Origin: Macrostomum lignano
Lineage: Eukaryota
Assembly: GCA_002269645.1 (NCBI GenBank)
Contig: NIVC01000221.1
Span: 62,001 to 126,000, forward strand
Direction: 5' to 3'
DNA length: 64,000 nucleotides
In this document: positions 23,788-36,044 of the stretch, in pieces
Numbering within the stretch: the first letter of the stretch is position 1
Layout: the number at the start of each line of letters is the position of its first letter
Program-made: the position numbers and the translations under genes
The notes under the pieces: model-generated
The model's input: the letters and a program-made list of their open reading frames with translations, nothing else
Databases searched by the model: none
What the model was told of the DNA's origin: nothing

Positions 23788-25216
23788 TGTTATAAAGGCA
23801 ATTAGATAAATAGCATGCACGGTAAGCAATTATTTAGGCCCTAGACAAACCTACTTGGAGCGTTCGGAGATTTTAAAACTATTGGCCCTAATTGCCTATC
23901 GCCGGTCGGCGAGTTCTACCAATCTTTCTCCAATTGTCGCAGTACGGTACAAGAAAAGGAAGAACACAGGTGAACACGATTCGAATAGATTTAGAGAGTG
24001 ATAATCCTAGTTCAAGAGGGGCTAAATTTGATTGACGGTTTAATTTGATTAATAAAGTTACAAGATTCTTAACGTAATTCGCGGTGCAGATAATTCGAAC
24101 TGATGATAATAAGGATACAACGATTAATACTCGTAATAATAAATCAATTACGCAACTGGCAAGCGGATCTCAGCTGAAGAAGAAGAGGAACCGAACACGA
24201 CCACGGAGAAGACTCCTAACCCCTGGCCTAAACCAGAACCTACACTCAAACGAGAGCCCTGCCGAATTGACCGTTCAACGGAGCACTGACTAAGTTCTAT
24301 CAGTACTGCCCTTCAGTGTGACACTGAGGCCCTCAGGATCGAGGCCACGTACTTGGTCAATCCGACAATCTCTATCTAACCGCGCTTGATAGCGACGACC
24401 TCAGACAGAAATTTGCCGTAGACGTTACGCTACAAGACTGAAGCGGTCGGGCAGGGAGCAAAACACGGACCGGGGTGACGAACTCAGGCGCCTCAAAGCG
24501 CGAACCACAAAAATAGGGCAAAGCGGCCGGGAAGTTGAACAAAACCAAAGCCGGGACGAGCAGGGAAAAAGAAGTGAGATCCGATTGCCAAACACACTTT
24601 CATATATAGTCACTGTCAAACCCCTCACAACCCCCCCCCCCAAGCCGGGTAGTGGTCGTCTGGCCGGCCGCTCGCTAAGCTGAATTGCACTGTGCCCGCG
24701 GCGCCGGGTAGACTTGGATTTTGCCGCGTGCCAGGGTCCAGGCCGGTTCTGATTGGCCGGCCGCGCAAAGCCGGGTTTCGCAGAAAAACTCAACCCTGGT
24801 CGATGCCCCTGCAGCTAAGTCAAGTCACAGGGAGCGAGTGGTAACCCTAACCTGCTCTGATAATATAGGGCAACAAATTGCAGCTAGAAATTGAACTCGA
24901 ATCCGATTCACAGTCTGAGTGCTACAGAGAACGGGTTATCATAAAAAGAGCACAATGAGAATGTGCTGATCCTGCAATGTTCACCTCCGAGGTCGCGGAG
25001 GTCGCCTACGCTCTGCCGTACCGCTCCAGTCTCTGCCCCTGCCGCTTCCGTGTCCCACCCGACCCATTGAGATGTGGTGGGTCGGCCTTGTGTGAGCGGA
25101 TACGCAGCTTCCAAAGACCGACTTTGATGAAACTCTTGTGTGGATAATGCCGCATACAGGCGTCCAACAGCCCCAGGATGGCTGTAAATCCGGTGCCTTC
25201 GGTGCGCCATGTGACA
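23788..25216 (-). mobile_element. Probable solo LTR (about 1.43 kb)
   Basis: TG...CA termini (tgttata / tgtcaca on opposite strands). On the minus strand a CCAAT box (about 24752) and TATA-like ctatatatgaa (about 24605) precede a pyrimidine-rich R-like segment. No TSD, PBS or PPT verified. Confidence 0.5.
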
Positions 25217-26500
25217 CAAGCCTATTTTACGGAGTACTAACCACGTCCCTTATGTTTAAATTGCAGCACTAGCGTTGAATGTACGAATCCCACTCAGCTA
25301 GATACTGTATGCTATTGAATCTCTAAAGAGTGAAATGTATCAAAATTTTGATTAATCAATAGGGCTACTTGAATAGATGGTAGACAGCATGGGGGCGCGT
25401 CATGAGGATATTATGGGGCCAATACTAGAGGCGCCACCTCGGGGACGCTATCATTGAAGCACCTTCTAAGGCAAGGGGTGCCAGCATCAAGGCACGCTAG
25501 CTACAGGGGCCCCAACAACAAAGAGGGCTGAAAACAAAGAGTGCTGAAAACAAAGAGGACCGACACCGAGAGGCCCGTCAGCGCAAAATCAGAAGTATTT
25601 GTTTGGTAAATGCTAAAACTGGGGACAGTGGTGCCAAAAACTGCTGTGAAATCGCACCAAACATCTGGCATAAGGGTGCCATGCTTCTTTCCAGTTTATC
25701 CGGGGAACTGCAAATCCCTTGCTCCCCTGGTCCAGGTTTGAGCCAGACCCGCATACCCAAGTTCGGCAAAAACCACTGGATGGGTAGCCAGCGTCGGAGC
25801 CTAGTTCAGTCCAGCAGCCCTAGGGTCTGCCTTGAATACTCGCGGGGACGGGGACGAGTCAGTAGGTTTCGAAAATTTCCACAGTTTTTACTTTAACTTG
25901 GATGAAGTTCTTAAAAATATCTTCGAAAACTGAGACTAGAAAACCTCTCCATCATTTCGGTCAATGTTTTCAGCCCTCCATTGTTGTTTAAGACAATACG
26001 CTCGTTGGTGAAGCAAACGTCTGTTGACATGTGACTTGAATATGAGATGCAGATGCAAGCTTGTTTGAGGCTCCAACCTAAATACTGCATAAATAATCCA
26101 GATTTGTTCAACATTTTTGTCGCAAGTACCTATATTCTATTAGGAGAATCTTATTTGATTGTCTTAAAAGTAACAGAGTCGAATGAGACTGAACTACTCT
26201 TACTTAACAAGAGAAATCTAATTACATTCAAAATATCGACAGTGCGGTGCTAGACATGCTTACTAAAGTTCCATTAGCTCAAGTACACACTAATCACTAT
26301 TACTCACTGTTGCAACACGTTTAACTCTATTGAAAATATCTGAAAGCACCTGAAATAACGAAGATTTGCAAATTCAAAAACATATGTTGGCCCGATCGGT
26401 TTGCAGAAAATTTAGATGACTAATCTAAGCCAGATTAAATGGAAGCTGCGATGCCATTGGGCGAGCGAAACAATTCTCTGCGGCCGTACAGCTGTTCAAC

Positions 26501-26507
26501 TATAAAA
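26501..26507 (+). promoter_or_regulatory. Conserved TATA box of the WSC-PAN genes
   Basis: tataaaa 58 nt before the ATG of C. Equivalent motifs at 7960 (B), 29556 (D) and 46001 (I), 54-58 nt before the ATG, each preceded by a CCAAT-like ccattgg/gattgg. Confidence 0.65.
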
Positions 26508-26558
26508 GCTGGAACTTGTGCGCTCCAGCCGAGTAGCTTGCAGTTGAGCAGCTGAAAG

Positions 26559-27288
26559 ATGCTTCGGGTGCCGAAACTGCCAGTTTTTATCTGCGCCCTC
26601 CTGACCTGCGCTGCATGCAGGGTCGTCCGCTTCTCCTACGTTGGTTGCTACGTGGATTTAAATGGTGGAGTCAGAGACTTGAACGGGCTAAGCGGTGTCA
26701 CAAGGATTGGCGAGTACGAAATCACCTTCAGAAAGTGGATAAACAAGACCGAAATGTCGCACGAGCTCTGCAACAGTGTGTGCTCACTTGGCGGCTTCGC
26801 CTACTTTGGGGTGCAGGTTGGAAAAGCGTGCCTCTGCAGCAACTCCTTCGGATCTCAGGGCAAAGCCAACGAAAGCGACTGCAGCACAAAGTGCAGAGGA
26901 AACTCATCGCAGATCTGCGGAGCTCCAAGGCGAAACTCGGTGTTCGCTCTGACCTACCCGAGTGAGTAGCTTTTGTTCTTGCGACGATTGACTTTCAGGG
27001 TTATGTACAGGTGGTCCTTTCTGAAACACATCTCAACCACAATCTGTTTCAGACAAAAACTTTTACAAGATGATCAAGCACTCGATCCTCACTGTGGAGA
27101 CCAGCAAGACCTCGTCCTGGCCGGCCGCTGCCCCATCCGTCATGGACTGCCTGGCCCGGTGCAGCGCCACAGCCGACTGCCTAGCCGCCGTTTTCTCCAA
27201 GCGGCTGCTCGCCTGCCGCCTGCTGGCGTTCGCCTACCCGCCAGCCAGCCTGACCGGACCCGACTGGACTCTCTACCAGCGCGGCTGA
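26559..27288 (+). CDS. Secreted WSC + PAN/Apple-like protein, paralog C (2 exons, 212 aa)
   Basis: Exon 1 26559-26961, gtgagt donor, exon 2 27053-27288 after tttcag. Phase 1, open frame of 639 nt, same motifs as paralog B. Confidence 0.88.
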
Positions 27289-27289
27289 G

Positions 27290-29340
27290 ATACAAAGCAC
27301 TTGACGAAACATTCTGGCATGGTCAGCCTGAAACTGTGAAGTTGCGTGGCCCTTCTGATCTTTGCAGTTCTGTTGCGATCAGTTCCGCTTGTCAATCAAT
27401 AAAAAGTTTGGGAAAGTTGTCAAAAGATTATTGTTTTTGGCATTAAGAAATAATACCACTGGGAAATGGCAATGAAATCTGTCTTTTTCAGCAATTTTAG
27501 CTTCGATCCGAGAATACATGCGCAAAGGTTCACGTTGCTGAATGGGATTATCAGCAGAGATTTCTTTGAGCTCTGGAAGTCGTTCAAATTTGGGCATTGA
27601 AGCACATCAAAATAAGTTCTAAGATTTTTTTATGATTTCGCCCTTTAACTTCTAATCCGTAACTGATTGATGCGATAACAATTTTGATGGCAGTGGGATG
27701 ATCTGACAGAGAAGTTAAAGCTGCCATTGCTTCTGCAGTATGATAAAGAAATCTCCTTTCGATAGACTCAGAGCAGCTCAGGCCACTTCAGGAAGTTCAA
27801 TGCAGATCAGAAAGATTTTCGGTTTACCAGCTCGAATGAGGCAACATTGGAAGCTGTGTGGCTGTCACATTACCAGTCAGAATTGCCTGAGAATTTGAAC
27901 AGCAGGTTCGAAGCTTTTCGAGAAAATTCAAATTAATGGAAAATATCCGCAGCAGCGGTGGAAGCACAAAAGAAACAGAAAAAAAGAAAAAAGAAGGCAA
28001 AGCCTTGACTAGAACCGACTGGGATGCAGTAAAAAGTTATTGATGCCGGCTCTGCCTCTCACTTAAAGCTTAATGAGCCATCAGATATTTAATAGCAGTG
28101 TCTGCCTGACAGTAAACTGCAATATATAGGATTTATGCCAGGAGACCGTTGGATTCTGTGGGATAAACCCAAGCATTATCGCTTCAGTAACACACCAGCT
28201 GGATAGTGTGAAATGCACTACGAGTATTAGCTATGGATGTCTCCGAATTTCTCAGGATATGTATCCCACCACAGGTGTGTCTACCCGGGAAACTTTTCTT
28301 TTAATGAATATTTGCTCAGTAGAGCTTAAGACACGGGAATGCATGAAGTTGAGAATGGAAAAAAAAATATTTCTGAAACGAGTGCGGTACAGACGCAGGC
28401 AAGGACTTTGCTTAGTTTACGACTCGTAAGAGAGAGGCAGAATTATATAGCAATCAGAAGCGTAGCTAACAAGAATAGTCGTGGTTCAGAAGCAATTGTT
28501 ACTATGACAACATAACCTCATTACATAGCACTTGAACCCGATATTGGCGTCAACGATTAGAAAATTTAGTTTTATGAGCCGGCTAAAAAGTCCACACTTA
28601 CCCAGTCTGAACAATGTCCGACACGTTGAAGTGATCCGAATTTTCCAATTACAACTTTGGACTTTCACACAAAAAGCTGACTTTAGCAAATAGGAAGAAT
28701 AATCGAGAGAAATAACGAAAAAGGAAGACGGAATCTGTTTGTTCAGAAGCAAACGAAAGTTGTTTGGTGTGCGTCCTGGCGCATCAGATTGCGGGATTTG
28801 TGAGCACTGGCAACCAGGAGAAGGCCAGCAAAAACCCGCCTCAAAGTACCGCACCGCTTAGCCCAGGGATTCAGAGATTCGGAAGCGGGCTTGAGAATAA
28901 ATCAGGATTCAATCAAAATGAGATAGAAACAAAGGAAAGACGCTCAACTAGGTTATTTTTGCAAAAGAGCTGCCCAGTCGGATGATGGACAAACGGTCCA
29001 TGGTTTGGAGAGACTCAAAAGCTGCCACTTCAACACAGCAGCTCCGATCCACCCCAACATTCCTATCCATGCCATGCAGTCGATATGCTGCAGCAGCCTT
29101 CGCTTAGCTTTGGTAAATCATGGGGCGAAAGTGAAGCACTGTCAGACATGCCTGCTAATATCGGCAGGTCTGAATCTAAACATCACGAAGATTTCGTCAA
29201 CACTCTGAAGAGTGACGGGCACTCCTTGCATTGCACCGGGCCGTCTGCCCGCTCACGCAAAAGTAAAGCTCATTGAAAATACTAGTGTCTCGAAGGCAGC
29301 GAGAAACTCAGTAGAGCATTGCAAACATGGTTTGGATAGC
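27290..29340 (+). repeat. Segmental-duplication block downstream of C/I-type genes
   Basis: Homologous to about 36500-38240 and about 46790-48910 (e.g. attggaagctgt.tggc, tgatgctggctctgcctctca, gcgtcctggcgcat.ag, ctcaaaagctgccact). Confidence 0.8.
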
Positions 29341-29609
29341 ATCGGAAAATGAGTGACTCACCATAATAGTTTGAGAACTATTACTGTCGCAATGGAAGTC
29401 CGTTGCGTATGCGCATTTGCATAGTAGCACAACTGTTACAGTATTCGAATTAACTGCTGTGCGTTTGTATCGGATTCGTCCAGGATAAAACTAGCAAAAT
29501 CACACGGCCGATGTGATTGGATGACGGGGTTTAAAGGTTTAGTTTCATCCTAGGCTATAAACCCCATTATGCGATAAGCAGAAAGAAAAAAAACAAAGCC
29601 TAAAGCAGC

Positions 29610-30345
29610 ATGGAGCAGCTATCGCGAATTTCGATTTTACTCGGCGCTCTGGCTACCTGCGCGACCTGCAGGTTTGTCAATTACTCGTACGTGGGTTGCT
29701 ACGTGGACTACACGGGCAAGGCCAGAGACTTGGACGGACTGACTGGAGTCACCCAGCTGGGTCCGTTTGAGATTCGGTCAAACGACCCTTCCATAAGAGC
29801 AAGCATGACTCTCGAGCTGTGCAGCAGCGCCTGCTCTCTGGGCGGATTCTCGTACTTCGGGGTGCAGGTTGGTGTCGAGTGCTTCTGCGGCAACTCAATC
29901 GGATCGCAGGGCAAAGGCAAAGAGAGCGACTGCAACAGACCGTGCATAGGAAACTCATCGCAGATCTGCGGAGCTCCCTACCGAAACTCGGTGTTCGCTC
30001 TTAGCTACCCCTGTGAGTGACGGGAGGTATTAATCCATGGTCAGAAATAATTTCTCAATCAAAAAACAGGATGAAGAAAATGTGGCACTAAACTTCTCTA
30101 TTTCAGACCGTTGCTACCTGGTTCAGAAGGACAACAGCCTCTTCGTCAAGACCGACAGCTCCAAAACCTCGTCCTGGCCGGCCGCTGCCCATTCTGACGC
30201 GGACTGCCTGCTCCATTGCAGCGCCAGAGCCGACTGCCAGGCCGCCGTTTTCTCCAAGCGGCTGCTCGCCTGCCACCTGCTGACGTTCGCCTACCCACCA
30301 GCCAGCCTGACCGGACCCGACTGGACTCTCTACCAGCGTGGCTGA
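29610..30345 (+). CDS. Secreted WSC + PAN/Apple-like protein, paralog D (2 exons, 213 aa)
   Basis: Exon 1 29610-30012, gtgagt donor, exon 2 30107-30345 after tttcag. Closest relative of paralog B. Confidence 0.88.
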
Positions 30346-30718
30346 GCGCGAAACGGGCTTGACTCTTGCGACAAGACGGTGTCGGCATGGAGAAGAAGAA
30401 CAATGAACGATAAATAACTTGAGATTTTTACTTTGGAAACATAAAAAATACGAGTAGCTATCCCTGCAGTTACTAGTCCTGTTACATTGCCTAAGTCTCG
30501 TGATAGTTAGTGCGGTTGATTAAAATGTAGCTCATAAAACACTCAAGCCTGAGCAATCCAATCCAATTCAATGTTGGACAACCGATCTGAATATAAACAA
30601 AAGAAGCTAAGCCAAGCCCAATACAACTTGCGAAACACGATCTTTTCCTCTGCATCTGCAACGTGGGTTATTGGTTTGAATGTTTTTTAAAATATCATTT
30701 TTAGCATGTAGGACTATC

Positions 30719-30843
30719 GAGTTGCCAGAGCACGGCTGGTTGCAGCCGCTGGTGTTGCCTTGAGATCTGAACGAGTTGCCGCAGAAGCACTGCTTGCCGA
30801 CATGCACGCTGAAGTACGAGAATCTGCCTAGAGAGCAGGCGCC
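30719..30843 (-). pseudogene. Inverted internal fragment (E) of a WSC exon
   Basis: Minus strand reads GACSLGRFSYFSVHVGKQCFCGNSFRSQGNTSGCNQPCSGNS. No signal peptide or exon 2; abuts a 23-bp satellite. Confidence 0.8.
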
Positions 30844-30845
30844 TG

Positions 30846-31042
30846 GTAGAACCAATACCCAGACCTATGCAGAACCAGTACCCAGGCCTATGCAGAACCA
30901 GTACCCAGACCTATGCAGAACCAGTACCCAGGCCTATGCAGAACCAATACCCAGACCTATGCAGAACCAGTATCCAGGCCTATGCAGAACCAATACCCAG
31001 ACCTATGCAGAACTAGTACCCAGACCTATGCAGAACCTACAC
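30846..31042 (+). repeat. Short 23-bp satellite variant (agaaccagtacccagacctatgc)n
   Basis: About 8 units related to the 23-bp satellite. Confidence 0.9.
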
Positions 31043-31544
31043 TTATTTTAGTGAATACTCAAATTTTGAGTGTAAAAACGTTTGAAAGCACTTTGAGGCA
31101 GTTCTGATCGAGCAATTCAAATCGGAAGTGCCTTTCCTTGTGGCTAATTAACGGTCTAATGCTTTTAAGATTCTTTCACCAACACCCCGCGATCGAATGA
31201 ACGACTTGTTTCTTGACCAGCTGAGCAGCTTGTACATATTACAAGCTGTTGAAACCCGCGGATTTTGAACCCGGGGAATTCCAATCCCCGGAACTACTTT
31301 TGCATGTATTCTGAAATCTAAGGTCATACACAAACAAAAACTTGTTAATAGTTAGTAGGATAGAGGTAGACATAAAATGAACACATTAGTGTAAAATTAG
31401 GATTTGAAGCAAACATTGATATTGTTGGCTGGGTTACTTCACAGAATGTCAGGCAATGTCTGTCTGACTCTAAAACATGTATTGGCAAACTCTGGCCTCT
31501 CCCTGACTCTCCCTATGTCCCTTGGATCCTTTAAAATTTCTATC

Positions 31545-32168
31545 GTTTCTTCTGTTTCCTCTCTCCTCTCTCTTCTCTCCTCTCTTCTCTCATATCTTCC
31601 CTCATCTCTCTTCTCTTTCATCTCTCTTATCTCTTCTCTCTTCTCTCTTCTCTCCTCTCTCCTGTCTCCTCTCTACTTTTCGTTTTCTCTCTCCTCTCCT
31701 CTCTCCTCTCTACTCTTTCGTTTTCTCTCTCCTCTCCTCTCTCCTATCTTCTTTCGTATCTTCCCTCATCTCTCTTCTCTTTCATATCTCTTATCTCATC
31801 TCTTCCCTTTTCTTTTCTCTCTCCTCTCCTCTCTCCTCTCTACTTTTTCGTTTTCTCTCTTCTCCTCTCTCTCCTCTCTCCCCCTCTTCTCTCGTCAATT
31901 CCTTCTCCTCTCTATTCTTTTTCTCTCTTCTCTTAACTCTCTCCTCTCTCCTCTTTCCTCTCTCTCTCCTCTCTCCCCTCTTCTCTCGTCTCTTCTCTCA
32001 CCTCTTTCCTCTCTCTCTTTCTTCTCATCTCTTTTCTTGTTTTATCTCTTCTCTCTCCCCTCGTCACTCGTCTCTTCCCTCACCTCTCTTCTCTCTTGTC
32101 TGCGTTTTTATCTCTCCTTTCTCTTATTTTATCTTTTCTCTCTTATCTCTTCTCGTTTCTCTCTGCTC

Positions 32169-32234
<66 letters not shown>

Positions 32235-33085
32235 TCTCCTCTCCCATCTCTCTTCTCCTCTACTCTCTCCCCTCTTCATTCTCCTATTTCCTCTTCTCTC
32301 TCCCTCTCTCCTCTCTCCTCTAGTCACTGTAATCTCTTCTCTCTTATCTCTCCTCTGTTCTCTCTACTCTCCCATCTCTCGTCTGTTCACCCTCATCTCT
32401 GCTCTCTCATCTGTCATCTTTACTCTCTAATACGTTCTCTCACTTATCTCCTCTGTACTCTTCTCTTTCACCTCTTCTGACTCCTCTCTTTCCTTACTCC
32501 TCTCTTCTTTTCTCTTCCCTCTTCTATACTCTCTCTCCTCTATTATCTTCTCTCGTCTCTCTGCACTCTCCTCTCACCTTTTTCATCTCTCATCTTTACT
32601 CTCTCATCTCTCCTTTCATCTGTCTCATCTCTACAATCTCATCTCTTTCCTCTTTCCTCCTCTTCCCTTTACTCTCTCATCTCTCCTTTCTCCCCTCTTC
32701 TTACACCCCTATCTTATCTCTATCTCTTCTCTTCTCACCCCTTCTCTCACTCTCTTATCTCCTCTCTTTTCTATCCTTTCTACTCTCTCCTCTCTAATCT
32801 CTCCTCTCCTCTTGACCTCTGTCATCTTCTTTCTGCTCTCTCATCTCTACTCTCTTCTCACTCTTCTCTACTCTCCTCTCATCGATCCTCTGTCTCATAT
32901 CTCCCCTCTTCTCACCTTTACTCTTTCCTCTCCCTCCTTTCTCCCCTCCTCTCGCTTCTTCCTCCCTTCTTCTCTGCTCTCTCCTCACCACTTGTCTCTC
33001 CTCTTATCTTCCATGTTTTCTCTTATCCCCGTCTCGCCTCTCCTCTCTTCTAATAGTCTATTCCTTCTCCTTTCCACTCTCATCT
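31545..33085 (+). repeat. About 1.5-kb CT-rich polypyrimidine low-complexity tract including (CT)n
   Basis: Almost exclusively C/T on the + strand; pure (ct)n at about 32173-32230. Confidence 0.95.
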
Positions 33086-33619
33086 GGCCCGCACATAAGC
33101 TGGATTCTTTATCTGGCTTTTGAAGTAAAAGTCTGCCGATCCCTGCTTCGAAAGCCAGTTTGTGGGACGTAGTACTCTCATCGTTATTCTCATGCTTTGA
33201 TCACGTCATCTTTCTTGCCAATTTGCAGCCCTGAAAGGAATTTGTGAATCTTCAGCTCCACTGCAGTCTGCATCAGTCTAACAACCAAGGAAATACGCAT
33301 TTCTTAGGCCATTTAAATTTCAAAGTTTAAGAGAAACTTTAAGAGAAACTTAAAATTTCCATGGTGTGCCTAATTTAGTAGGGTTGTATTTCATTGCATC
33401 GCATCGCCTTTTCATAAATATTTCGCTTTTACAAACCATGCTGGATTGCCTCGATTTACCAATTGCCATCCACTGTTAAACTGCTGCAGAGTTTGCCTAT
33501 ACAGAGGGGAGGGCAGTGGTTAGAATTTCTCACTAAACTGTTATGGCTAAACGTAGGCTCTCCACTCGCGGGGTACAGAGAAGGCTATTAAAAAGTTATT
33601 CCAAAACACTGTACATTCG

Positions 33620-34312
33620 CTATGTACATTGAGCCCTATCGCCTGACCCTTCGTCTGGCTCTGGGGGAATGAGTGAGTGAGTGGCACAAACAACAGAAAA
33701 AGCAGACAAACTTCACATGCTTACAGTTTCTTTTTCGGTTGAGTTACAGAGTTGAAACTTTACATTTAGATAGAGAATGAGTCAATGAAGAATTGTGTCA
33801 AGTTTGAAGTCAATCGCTTTACGTGGAGCAAACTTATGGCAGCTGAAAGTTAGTCAATTTTGAAACCCTTTTACACATCTGGGCCCAGATCGGTATCGGG
33901 AAAGAGAGGCAGGCGGGCGGAGGTTGGGGTGGTTGCTACGCTGAAAAAAACAGCCTAACTTTAAAAGTGCACAGCACCGCTCAGGATTAACTTTGAGACT
34001 CGAAATTTTACATGATTGTGCCAAAATAGTTAAAGATTATCTGTGTCAAATTTGAAGAGAATCGGTAGAAGTGGAGCGGCGCTATGGAGGATTAAGTGAA
34101 AAAATCGCGCATTTTGAGCAGTTTTTTGTACTTTTAGGTAGGAAGACTTGAGTCTAGGAAATTTAAAGGTAGCCTAAGACATTCTCCGTAGTAAGTTTAG
34201 GGTGGGTGTAAAGTTTGGTGTCATTTGGTTGAGCGGTTTGGGAGTCCATAGCGAAGTAATTTGTCCACAGACAGACAGACAGACAGAGTTTTGATTTTTA
34301 TAGGTAGAGATT
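33620..34312 (+). mobile_element. DINE-1/HINE-like (Helentron-associated) non-autonomous element, tentative
   Basis: Repeated tgtgtcaa(a/g)tttgaag..aatcg motifs and a 3' (acag)n microsatellite followed by tttttataggtagagat, an architecture typical of DINE-like elements. Left boundary approximate. Confidence 0.45.
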
Positions 34313-34693
34313 GCATTCCTTCGCACACCAATCATGTGATTTTATGACTGATCAAAGTGATGCTGGTGTGGACCAGCTGCTTGGTTCTAAACGAGGGGTC
34401 TGCCAAGTAACATCCTATCAAGGCAAAAAATTAAATTTAACTGTTAACTGTCACCTAGACCGTAAAATTTAAGGATTAGCAGAAAGTTCCTCATATTGCA
34501 GAATTGGCCGTGTTTGAGAATGTGTTGGTCGTGAGAATATTTCAGTGGCAAGCATATGAATGAATCATGAACAATCTCATTGGCTGTTACAGAGTCCATT
34601 CAACACAAATAAAACGACATGGTTCCAGTCTACTTACCTAGTGTAAACTGAATTTTAGAAGCGAAAAAAACAAAACCTTTCAATTCAAGCAAC

Positions 34694-35108
34694 ATGTCAT
34701 TCGCTTTGAAAGTATAAATTTTTCTTCACGTTCTGCTGACCTGCGCGACCTGCAGGGTGGTCAGTTGCACCTACGAGGGCTGCTACGCGGACTACACGGA
34801 TAATGCCAGAGACATGACAGGAGTTGCAGGATTCATCCGGCTGGGTCCATTTTCCATGGATCCAGCAAGCTGTTTAATACACAGCAGCAGCAGCATGTCA
34901 CTCGAGCTGTGCAGCCGCGCCTGCTCACTGGGAAAGTTTCTGTACTTCGGCGTGCAGGATGGCGACCAGTGCTTCTGCGGCAACTTCTTCGGGTCGCAGG
35001 GCTCTGGAGACCCGAGCGACTGCAACAGTCCGTGCACTGGCAACGCGCTGCAAAATTGTGGAGCTCCTTATCGAAACTCGGTGTTCGCTTTGAACTACTT
35101 GAAGCCCA
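34694..35108 (+). pseudogene. WSC exon-1 pseudogene (F)
   Basis: ATG at 34694 is followed by an in-frame TAA at 34715-34717 inside the signal peptide. The WSC frame is otherwise intact to a gtgagt donor at 35109. No PAN exon found downstream. Confidence 0.78.
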
Positions 35109-35289
35109 GTGAGTTGCTCACTATAGCTTTTTACAGAAAACTTGTATTCAAAACGATTGAACAAAAGTCGATGTGTCTACGAAACCTATGTCAGTATACC
35201 GGACACAGTGGCGTACGCAATAATTTTAATTTGAGGGTCCGCAACTCTCAGGGGCGCAAAGAATAGGGGCCCTTGCTGGGCATCCCTGT

Positions 35290-35650
35290 CTCTTCATAGG
35301 TGCCCCCTGCCTCTTGTTGGGCGCCCCTGTCTCTTGGTGGGTGCCCCCTGCCTCTTGTTGGGCGCCCCTGTCTCTTGGTGGGTGCCCCCTGCCTCTTGTT
35401 GGGCGCCCCTGTCTCTTGGTGGGTGCCCCTGTCTCTTGGTGGGCGCCTCTGTCTCTTGGTGGGTGCCCCCTGCCTCTTGTTGGGCGCCCCTGTCTCTTGG
35501 TGGGTGTCCCCTGCCTCTTGTTGGGCGCCCCTGTCTCTTGGTGGGTGTCCCCTGCCTCTTGTTGGGCGTCCCTGTCTCTTGGTGGGTGCCCCCTGCCTCT
35601 TGTTGGGCGCCCCTGTCTCTTGGTGGGTGCCCCTGTCTCTTGGTGAGCGC
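35290..35650 (+). repeat. GC-rich minisatellite (about 20/40-bp units, cccctgcctcttgttgggcgcccctgtctcttggtgggtg)
   Basis: Tandem units; produces spurious ORFs in several frames. Confidence 0.92.
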
Positions 35651-35912
35651 CATTGTCAAGGAAAGTGACGCGACGCCGGTAAGACTTGTTTCAGTTGGAG
35701 CGATAGCAATACAGCGGACTGTTATATTTGCTGAGTAAGTAAAACACACCGAAGAAAATTAGATGCAATTATTTAAATACGAAGTGGTATAAAACTATAT
35801 TTTAGTTATTGATAAAAGTTGGTGTAAAAGTACATTATGTACGCATTGATTTACGCATGAGTGGAGTGCACGCTTGGCACGTTAAGCAGGGCACAGAGTG
35901 AGTTAAAGCTTA

Positions 35913-36044
35913 AGGCTCATTCGCACTGCCATCAAACGAGCCACCAAATCACACGACCAATGTACAAAAGGAATCAAATTTGATGTACAAGTTCTGTAAT
36001 CACAAGAAATTTGGTCGTTTTTTGATGGCAGTGTGAACGTGCCT
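35913..36044. mobile_element. PIF/Harbinger-type MITE (132 bp)
   Basis: Imperfect TIRs aggctcattcgcactgccatcaaa / tttgatggcagtgtgaacgtgcct, flanked by a TTA duplication (35910-35912, 36045-36047). Confidence 0.75.

Larger units (their letters stand above)
20796..25745. mobile_element. Possible foldback/MITE-like element with diverged inverted arms enclosing the satellite and LTR
   Basis: 20800-21070 (ggggagcaagg..ttgcagt..agaagc.tggca..caccactgt..ttttagcat..ctctcggtgtcgg..ctttgttttcagc) recurs reverse-complemented at about 25400-25730. The left arm is also present at about 12520-12790. Confidence 0.45.

Noticed and set aside
31404-33123. Long Leu/Ser-rich ORFs (358, 302 and 103 aa)
   Set aside because: By-product of the C/T-only tract, which lacks stop codons.
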